From contig NZ_JALSKT010000074.1 in the NCBI RefSeq assembly GCF_026988655.1, forward strand, positions 20,000 to 83,999: a stretch of DNA of 64,000 bases, given 5' to 3'. The DNA comes from Sulfurimonas sp. (lineage in GTDB: Bacteria; Campylobacterota; Campylobacteria; Campylobacterales; Sulfurimonadaceae). A program made the position numbers and the translations under genes. A model generated the notes under the pieces. That model did not search any database, was not told where the DNA came from, and worked only from the letters and a program-made list of their open reading frames with translations. Below are positions 29,087-39,198 of the stretch, piece by piece. How positions within the stretch are numbered: position 1 is the stretch's first letter; each line of letters starts with the position of its first letter.

Positions 29087-29999
29087 AGGGCAGGTTGATA
29101 CAGTATTTGTAGATAGCAATTCTGCTAGTTTCAAGGTAGATAAGAGTGTGAACGTTATCTTATCCCCTGCATTATATTGGGTGAAAAAAGTTTCACTTCC
29201 AGTTAAGTCTATGAGAGAAGTACGTTCACTGTTGGAGTCACTTTTTGAAGATACTCTTCCTGAGGGAAATTATAGTTATACTGCTTATAAAGAGGGCGAA
29301 GAGTATCTGATTTTTGCATATGAAGATAAAAAGATTATTGACATTTTGAGTGATAAGGGGATTGCACAAGGGCAGATAAATGCAGTATATTTCGCGCAAA
29401 GCGAATTGAGTAATCTCAAGAGTCCTAAAAAGATAGATAAAGAGAGTGTACTTTTAGTTAAAGATGCAATAGTTGTGCTTCTACCTGCTGCACTTATCGA
29501 AGCAGATGAAGTCTTGGATGTAAGTAATTTATCTCTCTCAAAACATACTATAAGACTGAAGCAATTTGGACATTTGGTTAATGATAAAAGCCTTTACACT
29601 ATCGCAGCTCTTTTTCTTGTGTTGATTATTCTTATACTTAGTGAATACTTTATAACACAAGCAAAAGTTGAAAAAATTCAAACGCAGCAAAGTGAGCTTT
29701 TTACTCTTTATAAACTCAAACCAACAATGTTACAAAATCGTTCTATGCTCAAAGAGTATGAAAAGATTTACAAAACCCAAACAAAGCTTCGTGAAACACT
29801 CTCGGTATTGCTCGGTTTGTCTCTACAAAAAGGGCATGCTATGAAACTGTTGGCTTACAAAGGAAAAAAACTTAATGTTGTTTTTAGTGGTCTTAAAGCA
29901 GGTCAAGAGAAGTATTTGATTACTGCGTTTAAACGCAGTAAACTTCAATATACAGCAAAATTTAAAGACCAAAATTGGTATGTGGAGTTTTCATTATGA
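29070..29999 (+). CDS. GspL-like bitopic assembly protein
   Basis: Position after gspK. About 180-aa cytoplasmic domain, a single TM (LYTIAALFLVLIILILSEYFI), then a periplasmic C-domain. TTG start overlaps the gspK end. Assignment is by topology and position only. Confidence 0.4.
   Translation: MFWKFKGQVDTVFVDSNSASFKVDKSVNVILSPALYWVKKVSLPVKSMREVRSLLESLFEDTLPEGNYSYTAYKEGEEYLIFAYEDKKIIDILSDKGIAQGQINAVYFAQSELSNLKSPKKIDKESVLLVKDAIVVLLPAALIEADEVLDVSNLSLSKHTIRLKQFGHLVNDKSLYTIAALFLVLIILILSEYFITQAKVEKIQTQQSELFTLYKLKPTMLQNRSMLKEYEKIYKTQTKLRETLSVLLGLSLQKGHAMKLLAYKGKKLNVVFSGLKAGQEKYLITAFKRSKLQYTAKFKDQNWYVEFSL
29922..29939. repeat. Perfect 18-bp palindrome ACTGCGTTTAAACGCAGT (two inverted copies of the over-represented 9-mer)
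   Basis: Read directly from the sequence. Lies inside the GspL-like CDS and encodes T-A-F-K-R-S. Confidence 0.9.
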
Positions 30000-30403
30000 A
30001 TCGTATAAATCCTATTCACATTGCCATTTTACTTGTAGTTATTTTACTTTTTAGTATTCTTAAGTTAAATGCAGCAAAAGAAGAACTGAGTCTTGCAAAA
30101 AGTTCATATAAAGAGACACTAGCCTTAGCAGTAAAACTTGATGGGCTTAAACGAAATTATTTTGATAAAATGAAAGTACAAAATGAGCTTGGACGAATTT
30201 TACGCAAGCCAGCTCTACGTTCAGCAAATATAGTCAAAAAAGTTAGCAAGTCTAGCATTATTTTAAGCTCACAAAATATAGATCTTAAAGCTTTAAATAC
30301 ATTGCTAGGAAAAGTACTCAATGCAACTTTTTATATCTCAGAATTGAAGATTAAACGCTTGAGTGAGAAAAATGCATCTTTAAAAATGGAGATAAAATGG
30401 TAA
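29996..30403 (+). CDS. GspM-like small bitopic protein
   Basis: ATGA overlap with the upstream stop (ATG 29996 preferred to the track start at 29975). N-terminal TM followed by a roughly 100-aa periplasmic domain. Confidence 0.4.
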   Translation: MNRINPIHIAILLVVILLFSILKLNAAKEELSLAKSSYKETLALAVKLDGLKRNYFDKMKVQNELGRILRKPALRSANIVKKVSKSSIILSSQNIDLKALNTLLGKVLNATFYISELKIKRLSEKNASLKMEIKW

Positions 30404-30927
30404 AAATAGTAAAGTTTTTTGGCTATGTCACTTTTTTTCTCTTGGCACTTATGTATTTTACTCCCAAAGAGAGTGTTTACTATTTTGCTGAAAATGAGTT
30501 AAAAAACTTTAAAGTGATAGTCTCAAATGAAGTAGTAATGGATAAAGGTTTTACCTTGGAGTTGAAAAATATGGATGTTTATGTTGCTTCAATTGAGAGT
30601 GCAAAGATAAATGAAATGCAAGTAGCTCTTTTTGGTTTATACAATAAAGTTGAAGCAAAAGATATTGAGCTAAGTTCAGTTGCCGCTTCTTTTGTTCCTC
30701 TTAAAATAAGTGATGTTACTCTTGTCTATACTGTGATAAATCCTCTTCATATTGAGCTAAACGCAGTAGGTGAATTTGGTGAAGCTCATGGGGTAGTTAA
30801 TGTATTGGATAAAAATCTTAGTTTGATACTGAAGCCATCGAAGTTAATGCGTACGAGTTACAGAAAAACATTGCGAAATTTAAGAAAAAAAGCAGATGGG
30901 GAGTATGAATATGTCCAAAATTTCTAA
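30397..30927 (+). CDS. GspN-like membrane-anchored protein
   Basis: Overlapping start. N-terminal TM (FFGYVTFFLLALMYF). Assigned by position between the M-like and C-like genes only. Confidence 0.3.
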   Translation: MVKIVKFFGYVTFFLLALMYFTPKESVYYFAENELKNFKVIVSNEVVMDKGFTLELKNMDVYVASIESAKINEMQVALFGLYNKVEAKDIELSSVAASFVPLKISDVTLVYTVINPLHIELNAVGEFGEAHGVVNVLDKNLSLILKPSKLMRTSYRKTLRNLRKKADGEYEYVQNF

Positions 30928-31732
30928 CTCATCACTTATTGGTATCTTGATTCGATTGCTCATCCTTTTAGCGGTGGCAAAAGCAATAGCACTTGCTTTA
31001 TGGTGGTTCCTTCCTGCAGAGGGTGTAAATCTCAAAGAAGATACTAATTTTAAACCAGAGTATCAACGGGTAGATTTTAAAAATATGTTAGAGCCAAACA
31101 CTGCTTCAAACGCAGTAAATACGAAAAAAAGCCAAACAAATACAGAAGTAGGTATCAATATCACCAACATGGTGCTTAAGGGCTTATATGGAAACAAATC
31201 AAAGGGTTTTGTCATTGTAGCACTCAAATCAAATCCAAAGAAAACGAGTATAGTCTCCGTTGGAGAAGTGTATTCAGGCTACAAACTCAAGTCGATTTTA
31301 AGTAACAGTGTTATCTTTACAAAAGCGGGTGAAGAGTTTGTTTTGAAGATGCCTATAGCTAAGACAAATTTAAGTTCGGGTGTGAGTTCTGTCGTTAGCC
31401 CCGTTGCAAGTGGCAAACCTTATGTCGTTACTCGTCGGGATATAAAATATTATGAAAAAAATCCAAATGAAATATGGAAAGATATTGCAATAGCGGAAGT
31501 GAAAAATGGCGCAAAGATAGAAGGTTTTAAAGTCCTAAGAGTGAGAACAAACTCAAAAATGGATAAACTTGGTCTCAAGCGAGGTGATGTAATCATTCGA
31601 GCAAATAATGTAGAGTTAACCTCTTACAAAAAAGCATTTGATTTATACACTAAAATAGATAAGATAAAAACACTGCAACTTGTAGTGATGAGAAATAACG
31701 AAGAGAAGGAATTAATATATGAAGTTCATTAG
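30911..31732 (+). CDS. gspC: T2SS GspC-like protein with C-terminal PDZ domain
   Basis: N-terminal TM (LIGILIRLLILLAVAKAIALALWWF). PDZ-like GFKVLRVRTNSKMDKLGLKRGDVIIRANNVEL. Directly upstream of the secretin. Start uncertain (30896, 30905 or 30911). Confidence 0.6.
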   Translation: MSKISNSSLIGILIRLLILLAVAKAIALALWWFLPAEGVNLKEDTNFKPEYQRVDFKNMLEPNTASNAVNTKKSQTNTEVGINITNMVLKGLYGNKSKGFVIVALKSNPKKTSIVSVGEVYSGYKLKSILSNSVIFTKAGEEFVLKMPIAKTNLSSGVSSVVSPVASGKPYVVTRRDIKYYEKNPNEIWKDIAIAEVKNGAKIEGFKVLRVRTNSKMDKLGLKRGDVIIRANNVELTSYKKAFDLYTKIDKIKTLQLVVMRNNEEKELIYEVH

Positions 31733-33548
31733 AATAATATTTTTGGTAAGTAGTTTGGTATTTGTATTGTCTGCGAGAGAGCAGGTCAATGTAAATTTTT
31801 CAAATTTAGCAGTGGGTGATTTTATAAAACTTATCTCTAAAATTACAAATAAAAATATACTTGTAAATAATAAGATAAATGGAACAGTAAACTTTATCAG
31901 TACGAGTCCTATATATGATGATGAATTGATGAGTATTCTAGTCGCAGTTTTGGAGTCAAAGGGCTACACTTTAGTACAAAATGGCTCAATTTTTGAAGTC
32001 GTTCGCTCAACTGAAGCTGCAAAACATAATGTAAAAGTCTTACCAAGCTATACAAAACCATCAGGTGCTTTGATGGTCACACAAGCCATAAAAGTAAAAC
32101 ATGAAAATGTAGATATAGTGGCTGCAAAGATTCGTTATCTTATTTCCAAAACTGCAAAACTTATGACAATGAAAGAGAACAATACGCTTCTTATCACAGA
32201 CTATCCTAAAAATATCGAAACAATTAAAACGATCATTAGAGATCTTGAAGCTAAAAAAGAACTAATCGTTAAAATTTTTAAAATTAAGCATACAGAGGCG
32301 AAAAAAGTGCAACAAAAAGTTGCAAATATCTCAAAGTCCATCTTTAATCCTAAAGTAAAATCTGAAGAGGTTGAGATACTACTTGATCAAAATACAAACA
32401 GTATCATTGTCGTAGGACGAAAACAAAATGTACAAAAGGTTGCAATCTTAATCAAAAAACTTGATGTTGAGTCTAGTATCAACCAAAGTGTGCAAATCTT
32501 TGAGCTGAAAAATTCAGATTCAAAATCGGTACTTAAAAGTTTAAATGACATCATTGCAAAACAGGTATTTGCAGATCCTTCTATGAAACCAAACATCTCG
32601 GCGAATGAAGAGATAAATTCTATTATTATCCTAGGAGACCCTACTATTATCAAAGGTATGAAACTTATTATTGATGAGCTAGATAAAGAGAAGTATCAAG
32701 TGTATGTGCAAGCGAGAATTATTGAGATAAATAAAAACAAAGCTTCTAATTTAGGTGTTAAGTATGGTTTTGATGGCGGTGTTTTAACCTCAGAGGGATT
32801 GTATTCATTTGCAAGTAATTTTGGTGGAGGACCAGTGCAAGGCATTGTTGGAACTTCTTTGGCAACATCACTCGTTGGCGCTGGTGTGACACAAGGTTTT
32901 GCTCTTGGTGCAGCGATAGATTTTTTACAAACACATGGGGCATCAAAATCGATTTCTAATCCCTCTATTCTTTGTGTAAATAATAAAGAGTCTTCTATTT
33001 ATGTTGGAAAAACCATTTCTGTGTCTAGTGGTACAGTGACTTCAACAAGTGGAGTGACTGGAGTAACGAGTAGCTATAAGCGTGAAGATGTTGGTTTGAC
33101 TCTAAAAATAAAGCCTCGCGTTTCTTCAAATGATAAAGTTACACTTGATGTAAGTGTAATTTTAGAAAGTGTTCTTGATGATGGTTCTAAAAATGCAACA
33201 GGACAGCCTATAACATCTAAACAAGAAGTATCAACGCAGGCAATTTTACGTCATGGTGAGAGCATCATTATCGGTGGACTTGTAAAAACTACTGAACTGA
33301 CTTCAGTGAGTAAGATTCCTCTGTTAGGCGACATTCCCTTTATAGGAAAATGGCTCTTTTCGTCTGAGTCTACTGATGATCAACAAGATAATTTAGTCGT
33401 TATTTTAACACCATATGTGATAGATAAAAGTGAAAAACTCTCAAAACTACAAAAAGATTTAGGTATGCTTTCTCGTCTTCAAAAAGAGTATGATTTAAAA
33501 GTATTTGAGAAAGTGGTAAAAGAGAGTATAGAAGTGAAAAAGGACTGA
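31719..33548 (+). CDS. gspD: T2SS outer-membrane secretin GspD
   Basis: Signal peptide, N0-N3-like repeats, and a secretin core ending in IPLLGDIPFIGKWLF. Confidence 0.9.
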   Translation: MKFIRIIFLVSSLVFVLSAREQVNVNFSNLAVGDFIKLISKITNKNILVNNKINGTVNFISTSPIYDDELMSILVAVLESKGYTLVQNGSIFEVVRSTEAAKHNVKVLPSYTKPSGALMVTQAIKVKHENVDIVAAKIRYLISKTAKLMTMKENNTLLITDYPKNIETIKTIIRDLEAKKELIVKIFKIKHTEAKKVQQKVANISKSIFNPKVKSEEVEILLDQNTNSIIVVGRKQNVQKVAILIKKLDVESSINQSVQIFELKNSDSKSVLKSLNDIIAKQVFADPSMKPNISANEEINSIIILGDPTIIKGMKLIIDELDKEKYQVYVQARIIEINKNKASNLGVKYGFDGGVLTSEGLYSFASNFGGGPVQGIVGTSLATSLVGAGVTQGFALGAAIDFLQTHGASKSISNPSILCVNNKESSIYVGKTISVSSGTVTSTSGVTGVTSSYKREDVGLTLKIKPRVSSNDKVTLDVSVILESVLDDGSKNATGQPITSKQEVSTQAILRHGESIIIGGLVKTTELTSVSKIPLLGDIPFIGKWLFSSESTDDQQDNLVVILTPYVIDKSEKLSKLQKDLGMLSRLQKEYDLKVFEKVVKESIEVKKD

Positions 33549-33549
33549 G

Positions 33550-35061
33550 ATGTTAAACCTTGAGCCCATCCATAACCTTTCTCTTGATGTCTACGAACCT
33601 GAGGGAATTGCAACAGAACTTAGCGTAAAAAACTTTCTTCTTTTTAGTGAGTATAACAATCAGGTTGCTGCATTTATTTGTGAACGTTATCTTGTTGAGG
33701 CAAGTAACTTTTATACAAAACTTGAAAAGCCCTATCCTCTGTATATGCTTGATGAAGATTCTTATGACAGACTTTATAATCGTTTTTTAGAACTAAGGAC
33801 TGATAAAACGATGGAGAGTATGCAAGAAGAAAATGAAGATGAAGAGGAGGACATCTCTTTAACTGATTTTTTACGGACTTCTTCGGATATTTTAACAAGT
33901 GAAGAGTCGGCTCCTATTATTAAATTTGTTAATGCTCTTTTTTATCAAGCGGTGAAAAAGCGTGCTTCAGATATTCACATAGAAGTACAAGAAAAACGTG
34001 GAGAAGTTCGTTTTCGAATCGATGGAATGCTAGTAAAAAATGCTGATCTTGATAAAAAAATAGTTAATCTCATCGTGAGTCGTATCAAGGTTATCTCTAA
34101 TCTTGATATTTCAGAAAAAAGAATTCCTCAAGATGGACGTACGCAGATTAAGATTGCAGGAGAAACGCTTGATATTCGTGTTTCTGTTTTACCAACATTT
34201 TATGGCGAACGTGTTGTTATGCGACTCCTAATGCAGAGCTCTCAAATCCCACACATTGATGAGCTTGGTTTTCATCCATCGCTTATTGGTGATGTCAAGA
34301 AACTTATCCGTTCCTCTCATGGAATTATCCTTGTAACTGGACCGACGGGGAGTGGTAAAACAACTTCTCTACACTCTTTCTTGCGTCAAGTTGAAGATCC
34401 GAGTATTAATATCCTTACAGTTGAAGATCCTGTGGAGTATAAGTCTGATTCTATTTCACAAATTCAAGTAAATGAAAAAGCGGGGCTTACTTTTGCTTCT
34501 GCTTTGCGTTCTATCTTACGTCAAGATCCTGATGTTATTATGATAGGAGAAATTCGTGATGAAGAGACTGCAAACATTGCTGTTCGTGCAGCCCTCACGG
34601 GTCACCTTGTTTTTTCAACGCTTCATACAAACTCAGCAGCAGCAACGATTTCGCGGCTTGCTGATATGGGGATAGAGCCTTTTTTAATCTCCTCTTCTTT
34701 GCTTGGAATATTAGCACAAAGACTTGTGAGAACACTCTGTAATGAATGTAAAGAAGAAGACACAATTGCTGAAGAATTTGCAAATGATTATGGACTTGAT
34801 AGTGGTGCCATAATTTATAAGGCACATGGTTGTAAAGCTTGTAATTATACTGGTTACAGTGGTCGTCGCTCTATTGGTGAGTTAGTTGTAATGAACGATA
34901 AAGTCAAAGATATGCTCAAAACAACAACAGATGAACATACTATAAAAGTAGCTTTAGTTAAGGATGGTTTGCAAACCATCTCTATGCAGTTAAAAGATAT
35001 GCTTTTAGCGGGTGATACTTCACTTGATGAAGCTATACGTATCGGCTTAGGTGATGACTAA
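33550..35061 (+). CDS. gspE: T2SS ATPase GspE
   Basis: Walker A GPTGSGKTT, Asp box, Walker B, His box, and the tetracysteine motif CNEC...CKAC typical of GspE. Confidence 0.95.
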   Translation: MLNLEPIHNLSLDVYEPEGIATELSVKNFLLFSEYNNQVAAFICERYLVEASNFYTKLEKPYPLYMLDEDSYDRLYNRFLELRTDKTMESMQEENEDEEEDISLTDFLRTSSDILTSEESAPIIKFVNALFYQAVKKRASDIHIEVQEKRGEVRFRIDGMLVKNADLDKKIVNLIVSRIKVISNLDISEKRIPQDGRTQIKIAGETLDIRVSVLPTFYGERVVMRLLMQSSQIPHIDELGFHPSLIGDVKKLIRSSHGIILVTGPTGSGKTTSLHSFLRQVEDPSINILTVEDPVEYKSDSISQIQVNEKAGLTFASALRSILRQDPDVIMIGEIRDEETANIAVRAALTGHLVFSTLHTNSAAATISRLADMGIEPFLISSSLLGILAQRLVRTLCNECKEEDTIAEEFANDYGLDSGAIIYKAHGCKACNYTGYSGRRSIGELVVMNDKVKDMLKTTTDEHTIKVALVKDGLQTISMQLKDMLLAGDTSLDEAIRIGLGDD

Positions 35062-35476
35062 AAAGAGTTCACGCAGTGCTTTTACCCTCATTGAGGTAAT
35101 GGTCGCTGTTATGATAATCTCAGTTGTTATTATGGCACTTATTCGTATGTACTCTAACAATACTTTCCTTTTTAGTTCTTACAAAAAACAAAGTCAAGCA
35201 AATCAGTATCTCTCTTTACTTATAGGAAATAAAGATTATGGTTTTGAAAATAAAGAAACTTATCTTTATAATCTTGCACAGGAATTTGACATGGATAAGC
35301 AACTGCGTCGTGAACTAAAAAATCAAAAAGTAAAAGTTATTTATCAAGAGTTACAAACAATTGATTTGAGTGAAGATGAAAATGCAAGTGGAACTAACAT
35401 TGTACTTGAACTTGGCAATTCAGTACTCAACTTTGGTGAGAGTTCTGCTGCTATGTTACGGTTGCGTGTACAATGA
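35054..35476 (+). CDS. T2SS minor pseudopilin (GspI-like by size)
   Basis: Leader MTKKSSRSA/FTLIEVMVAVMIISV. ATG 35054 overlaps the gspE end by 8 nt. Confidence 0.7.
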   Translation: MTKKSSRSAFTLIEVMVAVMIISVVIMALIRMYSNNTFLFSSYKKQSQANQYLSLLIGNKDYGFENKETYLYNLAQEFDMDKQLRRELKNQKVKVIYQELQTIDLSEDENASGTNIVLELGNSVLNFGESSAAMLRLRVQ

Positions 35477-36003
35477 AAAAGTTTAACAGAACTGCGTTTA
35501 CTCTTATTGAGATGCTTGTTGCAATTAGTATCTTTTCTATTATGATGTTGTATCTTTATAAGACCTATTCGACAGTAAATATCTCTAATGACAACCTCAA
35601 GGTTGAAGCAAATAAGATAAAAACAATAGAAGCTCTCAAGAAAGTAGTTTTTTTAGACTATTCTCTAGCTCTTTATAAGCCTAATGAAATTATTACAATT
35701 GACAATAGAGAAAGTAATGAAGATTTTATTCATTTTCAAAGCTCTCACTCTATTCATAGAAGAATTAATCCTTATATAATATATATGGTAAAAAATAAAA
35801 AGCTCTACCGTTTGGAGTCACTTAAAAAGATATCAAGCTATGAAATGTCAAGTGATGCAGAGTTTGATATTGATTTTCTTGGAGACGTGAATAGTTTTAG
35901 AGTATATAAAAGTACGAATAAAAATGTAGTATATCTTATAGCGATTAACTTCAAGAAGATGGGAAAGGTTCTTCTGAAGGTAAAACCGCTGAATGAATAC
36001 TAA
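35473..36003 (+). CDS. T2SS minor pseudopilin (GspJ-like by size)
   Basis: ATGA overlap. Leader [23 protein letters not shown]. Confidence 0.7.
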   Translation: MKKFNRTAFTLIEMLVAISIFSIMMLYLYKTYSTVNISNDNLKVEANKIKTIEALKKVVFLDYSLALYKPNEIITIDNRESNEDFIHFQSSHSIHRRINPYIIYMVKNKKLYRLESLKKISSYEMSSDAEFDIDFLGDVNSFRVYKSTNKNVVYLIAINFKKMGKVLLKVKPLNEY

Positions 36004-36767
36004 AGTTCTAAACAGTCGGCTATCGAGTAAAGACCTGCATCTTTGTTTGTGAGCCATTTTGCAGCTCTTAGAGCACCTTTTGAGAAAGTGTTTCTAGAAG
36101 TAGCTGTATGGTTGAGCTCGATGAATTCACCATCATTGTAAAAACCAACTGTATGACGACCGACGATATCGCCACCACGAAGTGCCATAACTGCTATCTC
36201 ATCATTAGAGCGCTCACCTATATTTCCATCTCTTCCGCTTACTCTTACTTTATCTAAGTCCAAATTACGTCCTGCTGCAGCAGATTCTCCTAGAGTTAAA
36301 GCAGTTCCACTTGGTGCATCTTTTTTGTGGCGGTGGTGCATCTCAACAATCTCGATATCAAAATCTTCAAGCGCAGCTGAGGCTTGATAAACAAGCTTGT
36401 TTAGGAGTGCGACACCTAAAGACATATTTGTAGCATAGAGGACTGGCATAAGCTCACTTGCTTGCTTGAGTAAGTTTAATTGATGTTGGTTCAGTCCGGT
36501 TGTACCTATCACCAAAGGTTTTGGTGTTTTAATCGCCTCTTCAAGAAGAATTTCACAAGCCTCAGGCAGTGAAAAATCTATGACAATATCACAAGCATTT
36601 AAAAATGAATGCATATCTGAAGTAACTAATAACGAGGGATCAATTGTAAAATCAAGTGTGTTTCTAACAAACACAGTGCTGAGGCTCATCTCCTCAGTTT
36701 TTTTTAAATCTTCAATAAGTAGTTTCCCGACTCTTCCACTTGCCCCAAATACACCAACTTTTATCAT
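36000..36767 (-). CDS. dapB: 4-hydroxy-tetrahydrodipicolinate reductase
   Basis: N-terminal GASGRVGK Rossmann motif, E.HH..K.D.PSGTA motif ([15 protein letters not shown]). Convergent with the last T2SS gene, with overlapping stops. Confidence 0.9.
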   Translation of the reverse strand: MIKVGVFGASGRVGKLLIEDLKKTEEMSLSTVFVRNTLDFTIDPSLLVTSDMHSFLNACDIVIDFSLPEACEILLEEAIKTPKPLVIGTTGLNQHQLNLLKQASELMPVLYATNMSLGVALLNKLVYQASAALEDFDIEIVEMHHRHKKDAPSGTALTLGESAAAGRNLDLDKVRVSGRDGNIGERSNDEIAVMALRGGDIVGRHTVGFYNDGEFIELNHTATSRNTFSKGALRAAKWLTNKDAGLYSIADCLEL

Positions 36768-36816
36768 TATTTAGCCTTCAATTTTTTTTCTAATAATACC
36801 AAACATTTTGTAGGTT

Positions 36817-37758
36817 TTAGTTTAATAACTCATCAACATATGAAATTACACTCAGAGCTGCTACAGCACCATCACCAGCTGCACTTACAACTTGTTTAGG
36901 CGCTTCTATACGCATGTCACCTGCAGCAAAAAGCCCAGGTAGAGAAGTCTTCATGCTTAAATCAACGATGACTTGTCCTTGTTCATTGACATCACACAAA
37001 AATGTTCCGTCTTCTTGTATAAGTGTTTGATTGTTTACATCATTTCCCACAAAAGTAAATACACCAGGAACTCCGATATCTTGAATATCTCCCTCATTAT
37101 TTTTTACCTTTATACCATTGACACCACTTGCATCTCCGTAGACCTCTTGGGGTACAGAGTTTAAGACTAATTCTATCTTTTCATTTTCTTTGACTCTTTT
37201 TACAGTATTTGGTGCAGCGCGAAATGTATCTCGTCGGTGGATAAGATAGACTTTAGAGCATATTTTTGCAAGGTAGAGAGCTTCTTCTAGAGCTGTGTCT
37301 CCACCACCCACTACAGCCACTTCTTTACCTTTGTAGAAAAATCCATCACAGGTAGCACAGGTACTGACTCCACGACCAAAAAATTCATCTTCACCTTTAA
37401 AGCCTGCACGACGAGGAGAAGACCCTGTACAGATAATAGCGCTGTGTGCTTGGATAGTCGTGTCATCACTTTTGGTAATTGTAAAGATATCTCCCTCTTT
37501 GGAGAGTCTGCGCACTTCAGCCATATCATGGATAAGACCAAATTTTTGACACTGCGCAGGCCATGGCATCATTAAATCCATGCCTGTGATATCGCCTGTG
37601 ACACCAGGATAGTTTTCTATTTCAGAACTTTGTGTAATTTGACCGCCAGGCATTCCTTTTTCAAACATTGTCACATTTTCAAGTCCACCACGTGTCGTAT
37701 AAAGTCCAGCAGTCAGACCAGCTGGTCCTCCACCTATAATTGCACAGTCTAAAATCAT
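36817..37758 (-). CDS. trxB: Thioredoxin reductase
   Basis: IIGGGPAG, redox-active [23 protein letters not shown]. Confidence 0.95.
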   Translation of the reverse strand: MILDCAIIGGGPAGLTAGLYTTRGGLENVTMFEKGMPGGQITQSSEIENYPGVTGDITGMDLMMPWPAQCQKFGLIHDMAEVRRLSKEGDIFTITKSDDTTIQAHSAIICTGSSPRRAGFKGEDEFFGRGVSTCATCDGFFYKGKEVAVVGGGDTALEEALYLAKICSKVYLIHRRDTFRAAPNTVKRVKENEKIELVLNSVPQEVYGDASGVNGIKVKNNEGDIQDIGVPGVFTFVGNDVNNQTLIQEDGTFLCDVNEQGQVIVDLSMKTSLPGLFAAGDMRIEAPKQVVSAAGDGAVAALSVISYVDELLN

Positions 37759-37769
37759 TTTTGTTTCCT

Positions 37770-38264
37770 TTATAGTGTATTAATCTCTCTTGAGAGCTCT
37801 TTTAAATTATCGAGTTTTCGTATCATACTATCTTGTTTATAAAGAGAATCTTTTACTCTTTTTATAAAAAAGATAGAAGGAGCGTTATAGATGTTGAAAC
37901 GTTGGATGAATTTGAGTGAAGTATTTGTTCCACTACGTAAAAAGGTTGTATATTTACTGTTTGCTCTTGCTGTGTTGTAGTAATCAATAGCTAAAATAGG
38001 AAGGTTGAGATTGAGTTTTGCTAGCATATCCATAGTTCCTCTTTGGCGTGATGAATAAAAAACTACAATGTACTTCTGTTCTTTTGCTTGAAAGATGTCA
38101 CTTTTTTCATAGAAAACAAACTCTTTAAAGTCGATAAATTTATACTCTGAAAACTTATAGTTGAAGTAAGCAAAAGCGAGTGCAATGAGAGCTGCACCAA
38201 AAAACGAAGCGAGGAGAGTAGAAAGAGAAAAGAGACTTTTGCCTCCTTTTCTTGCTCTACTCAT
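37770..38264 (-). CDS. Membrane-anchored protein of unknown function (possible Cys-less thioredoxin-like fold)
   Basis: N-terminal TM ([24 protein letters not shown]). No cysteines. Packed 11 and 10 nt from trxB and trxA respectively. Confidence 0.5.
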   Translation of the reverse strand: MSRARKGGKSLFSLSTLLASFFGAALIALAFAYFNYKFSEYKFIDFKEFVFYEKSDIFQAKEQKYIVVFYSSRQRGTMDMLAKLNLNLPILAIDYYNTARANSKYTTFLRSGTNTSLKFIQRFNIYNAPSIFFIKRVKDSLYKQDSMIRKLDNLKELSREINTL

Positions 38265-38274
38265 AGGTTTACAA

Positions 38275-38595
38275 TTACGCTAATAAAGCGTCGATTTTTT
38301 CTGAAAGAGCTTGTTTAGATTGTGCTCCAACGATTTGATCTACCATTTCTCCATTTTTGAAGAACATGATAGTTGGAATAGAACGGATACCGAATTTTAC
38401 AGCAATGTCTTGTTCTTCATCTGTATTTACTTTACAGATTTTAGCTTTTCCATCATAATCTTCAGCTAATTCTTCAATTACAGGAGCAATCATACGACAA
38501 GGTCCACACCATGGAGCCCAAAAGTCTACAAGAGATACACCCTCTGCAAGTGTTGCTTCAAAATTTGCACCAGTTAATTCTATATATTTACCCAT
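38275..38595 (-). CDS. trxA: Thioredoxin
   Basis: WAPWCGPC active site. I prefer ATG 38595 ([17 protein letters not shown]) over the track start at 38637. Confidence 0.9.
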   Translation of the reverse strand: MGKYIELTGANFEATLAEGVSLVDFWAPWCGPCRMIAPVIEELAEDYDGKAKICKVNTDEEQDIAVKFGIRSIPTIMFFKNGEMVDQIVGAQSKQALSEKIDALLA

Positions 38596-38737
38596 TAGTA
38601 AATCCTTTTTGTTGTTAGTTAAGTAAGTATTATACAAATGAAATGATTAAAGCTAACTTTAGAGATAAATTATTTTTTTAATTTATATTTTTCAATAGTT
38701 TTTGTATCATTCTACAAAAAAATATAGAAGGTAAAAT

Positions 38738-39184
38738 ATGGAGTTAAAAATTACGAAAGGTGAAATTGATATAAGACCATCAGTTGCGAAGCCACATCCC
38801 GGCTTTTATCATGAAGTAGGTGAAGAAAGATTTAGAAAACTTGTTTTTGATCACTACGAGTCAATTAAGAGTAGCGATATAGCTTTTTTGTTTCCTATAT
38901 TTGATGATGATGATTTTGCTGAAGCACAAAAACATGCGGCAGATTTCCTTATAGAGATCTCAGGTGGACCAGATTTTTTTACACAAAGTAGGGGTGAACA
39001 TCAAATGGTTGGGCGTCACGCACCATTTCGCATAGATGAAAAAGCGAGAGAAGTTTGGCTTGAGCTTTATATTCCACTACTTCAAGAGTTAGAAAAAGAA
39101 GGAATTACTACACAATATATAGAATCATTTTGGAATTATCTCAACATCTTTTCTATGTGGGTAGTAAATACAAAATCAGAGTAG
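38738..39184 (+). CDS. Bacterial-like (truncated, group II-type) globin
   Basis: F..LV..HY, FL.E.SGGPDFF...RGEH.M.GRHAPF.I....R..WL, a pattern typical of the Bac_globin family. Confidence 0.65.
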   Translation: MELKITKGEIDIRPSVAKPHPGFYHEVGEERFRKLVFDHYESIKSSDIAFLFPIFDDDDFAEAQKHAADFLIEISGGPDFFTQSRGEHQMVGRHAPFRIDEKAREVWLELYIPLLQELEKEGITTQYIESFWNYLNIFSMWVVNTKSE

Positions 39185-39198
39185 AAAAGTTTTTAGGC

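Noticed and set aside
26011-36003. Considered annotating the cluster as a type IV pilus or Cts-like competence system.
   Set aside because: Several features fit a T2SS better: the GspG-specific C-terminal motif, the GspK-like minor pseudopilin, the PDZ-bearing GspC next to the secretin, the GspE tetracysteine motif, and the absence of PilT, PilM-P or a long major pilin. A role in DNA uptake cannot be excluded from sequence alone.
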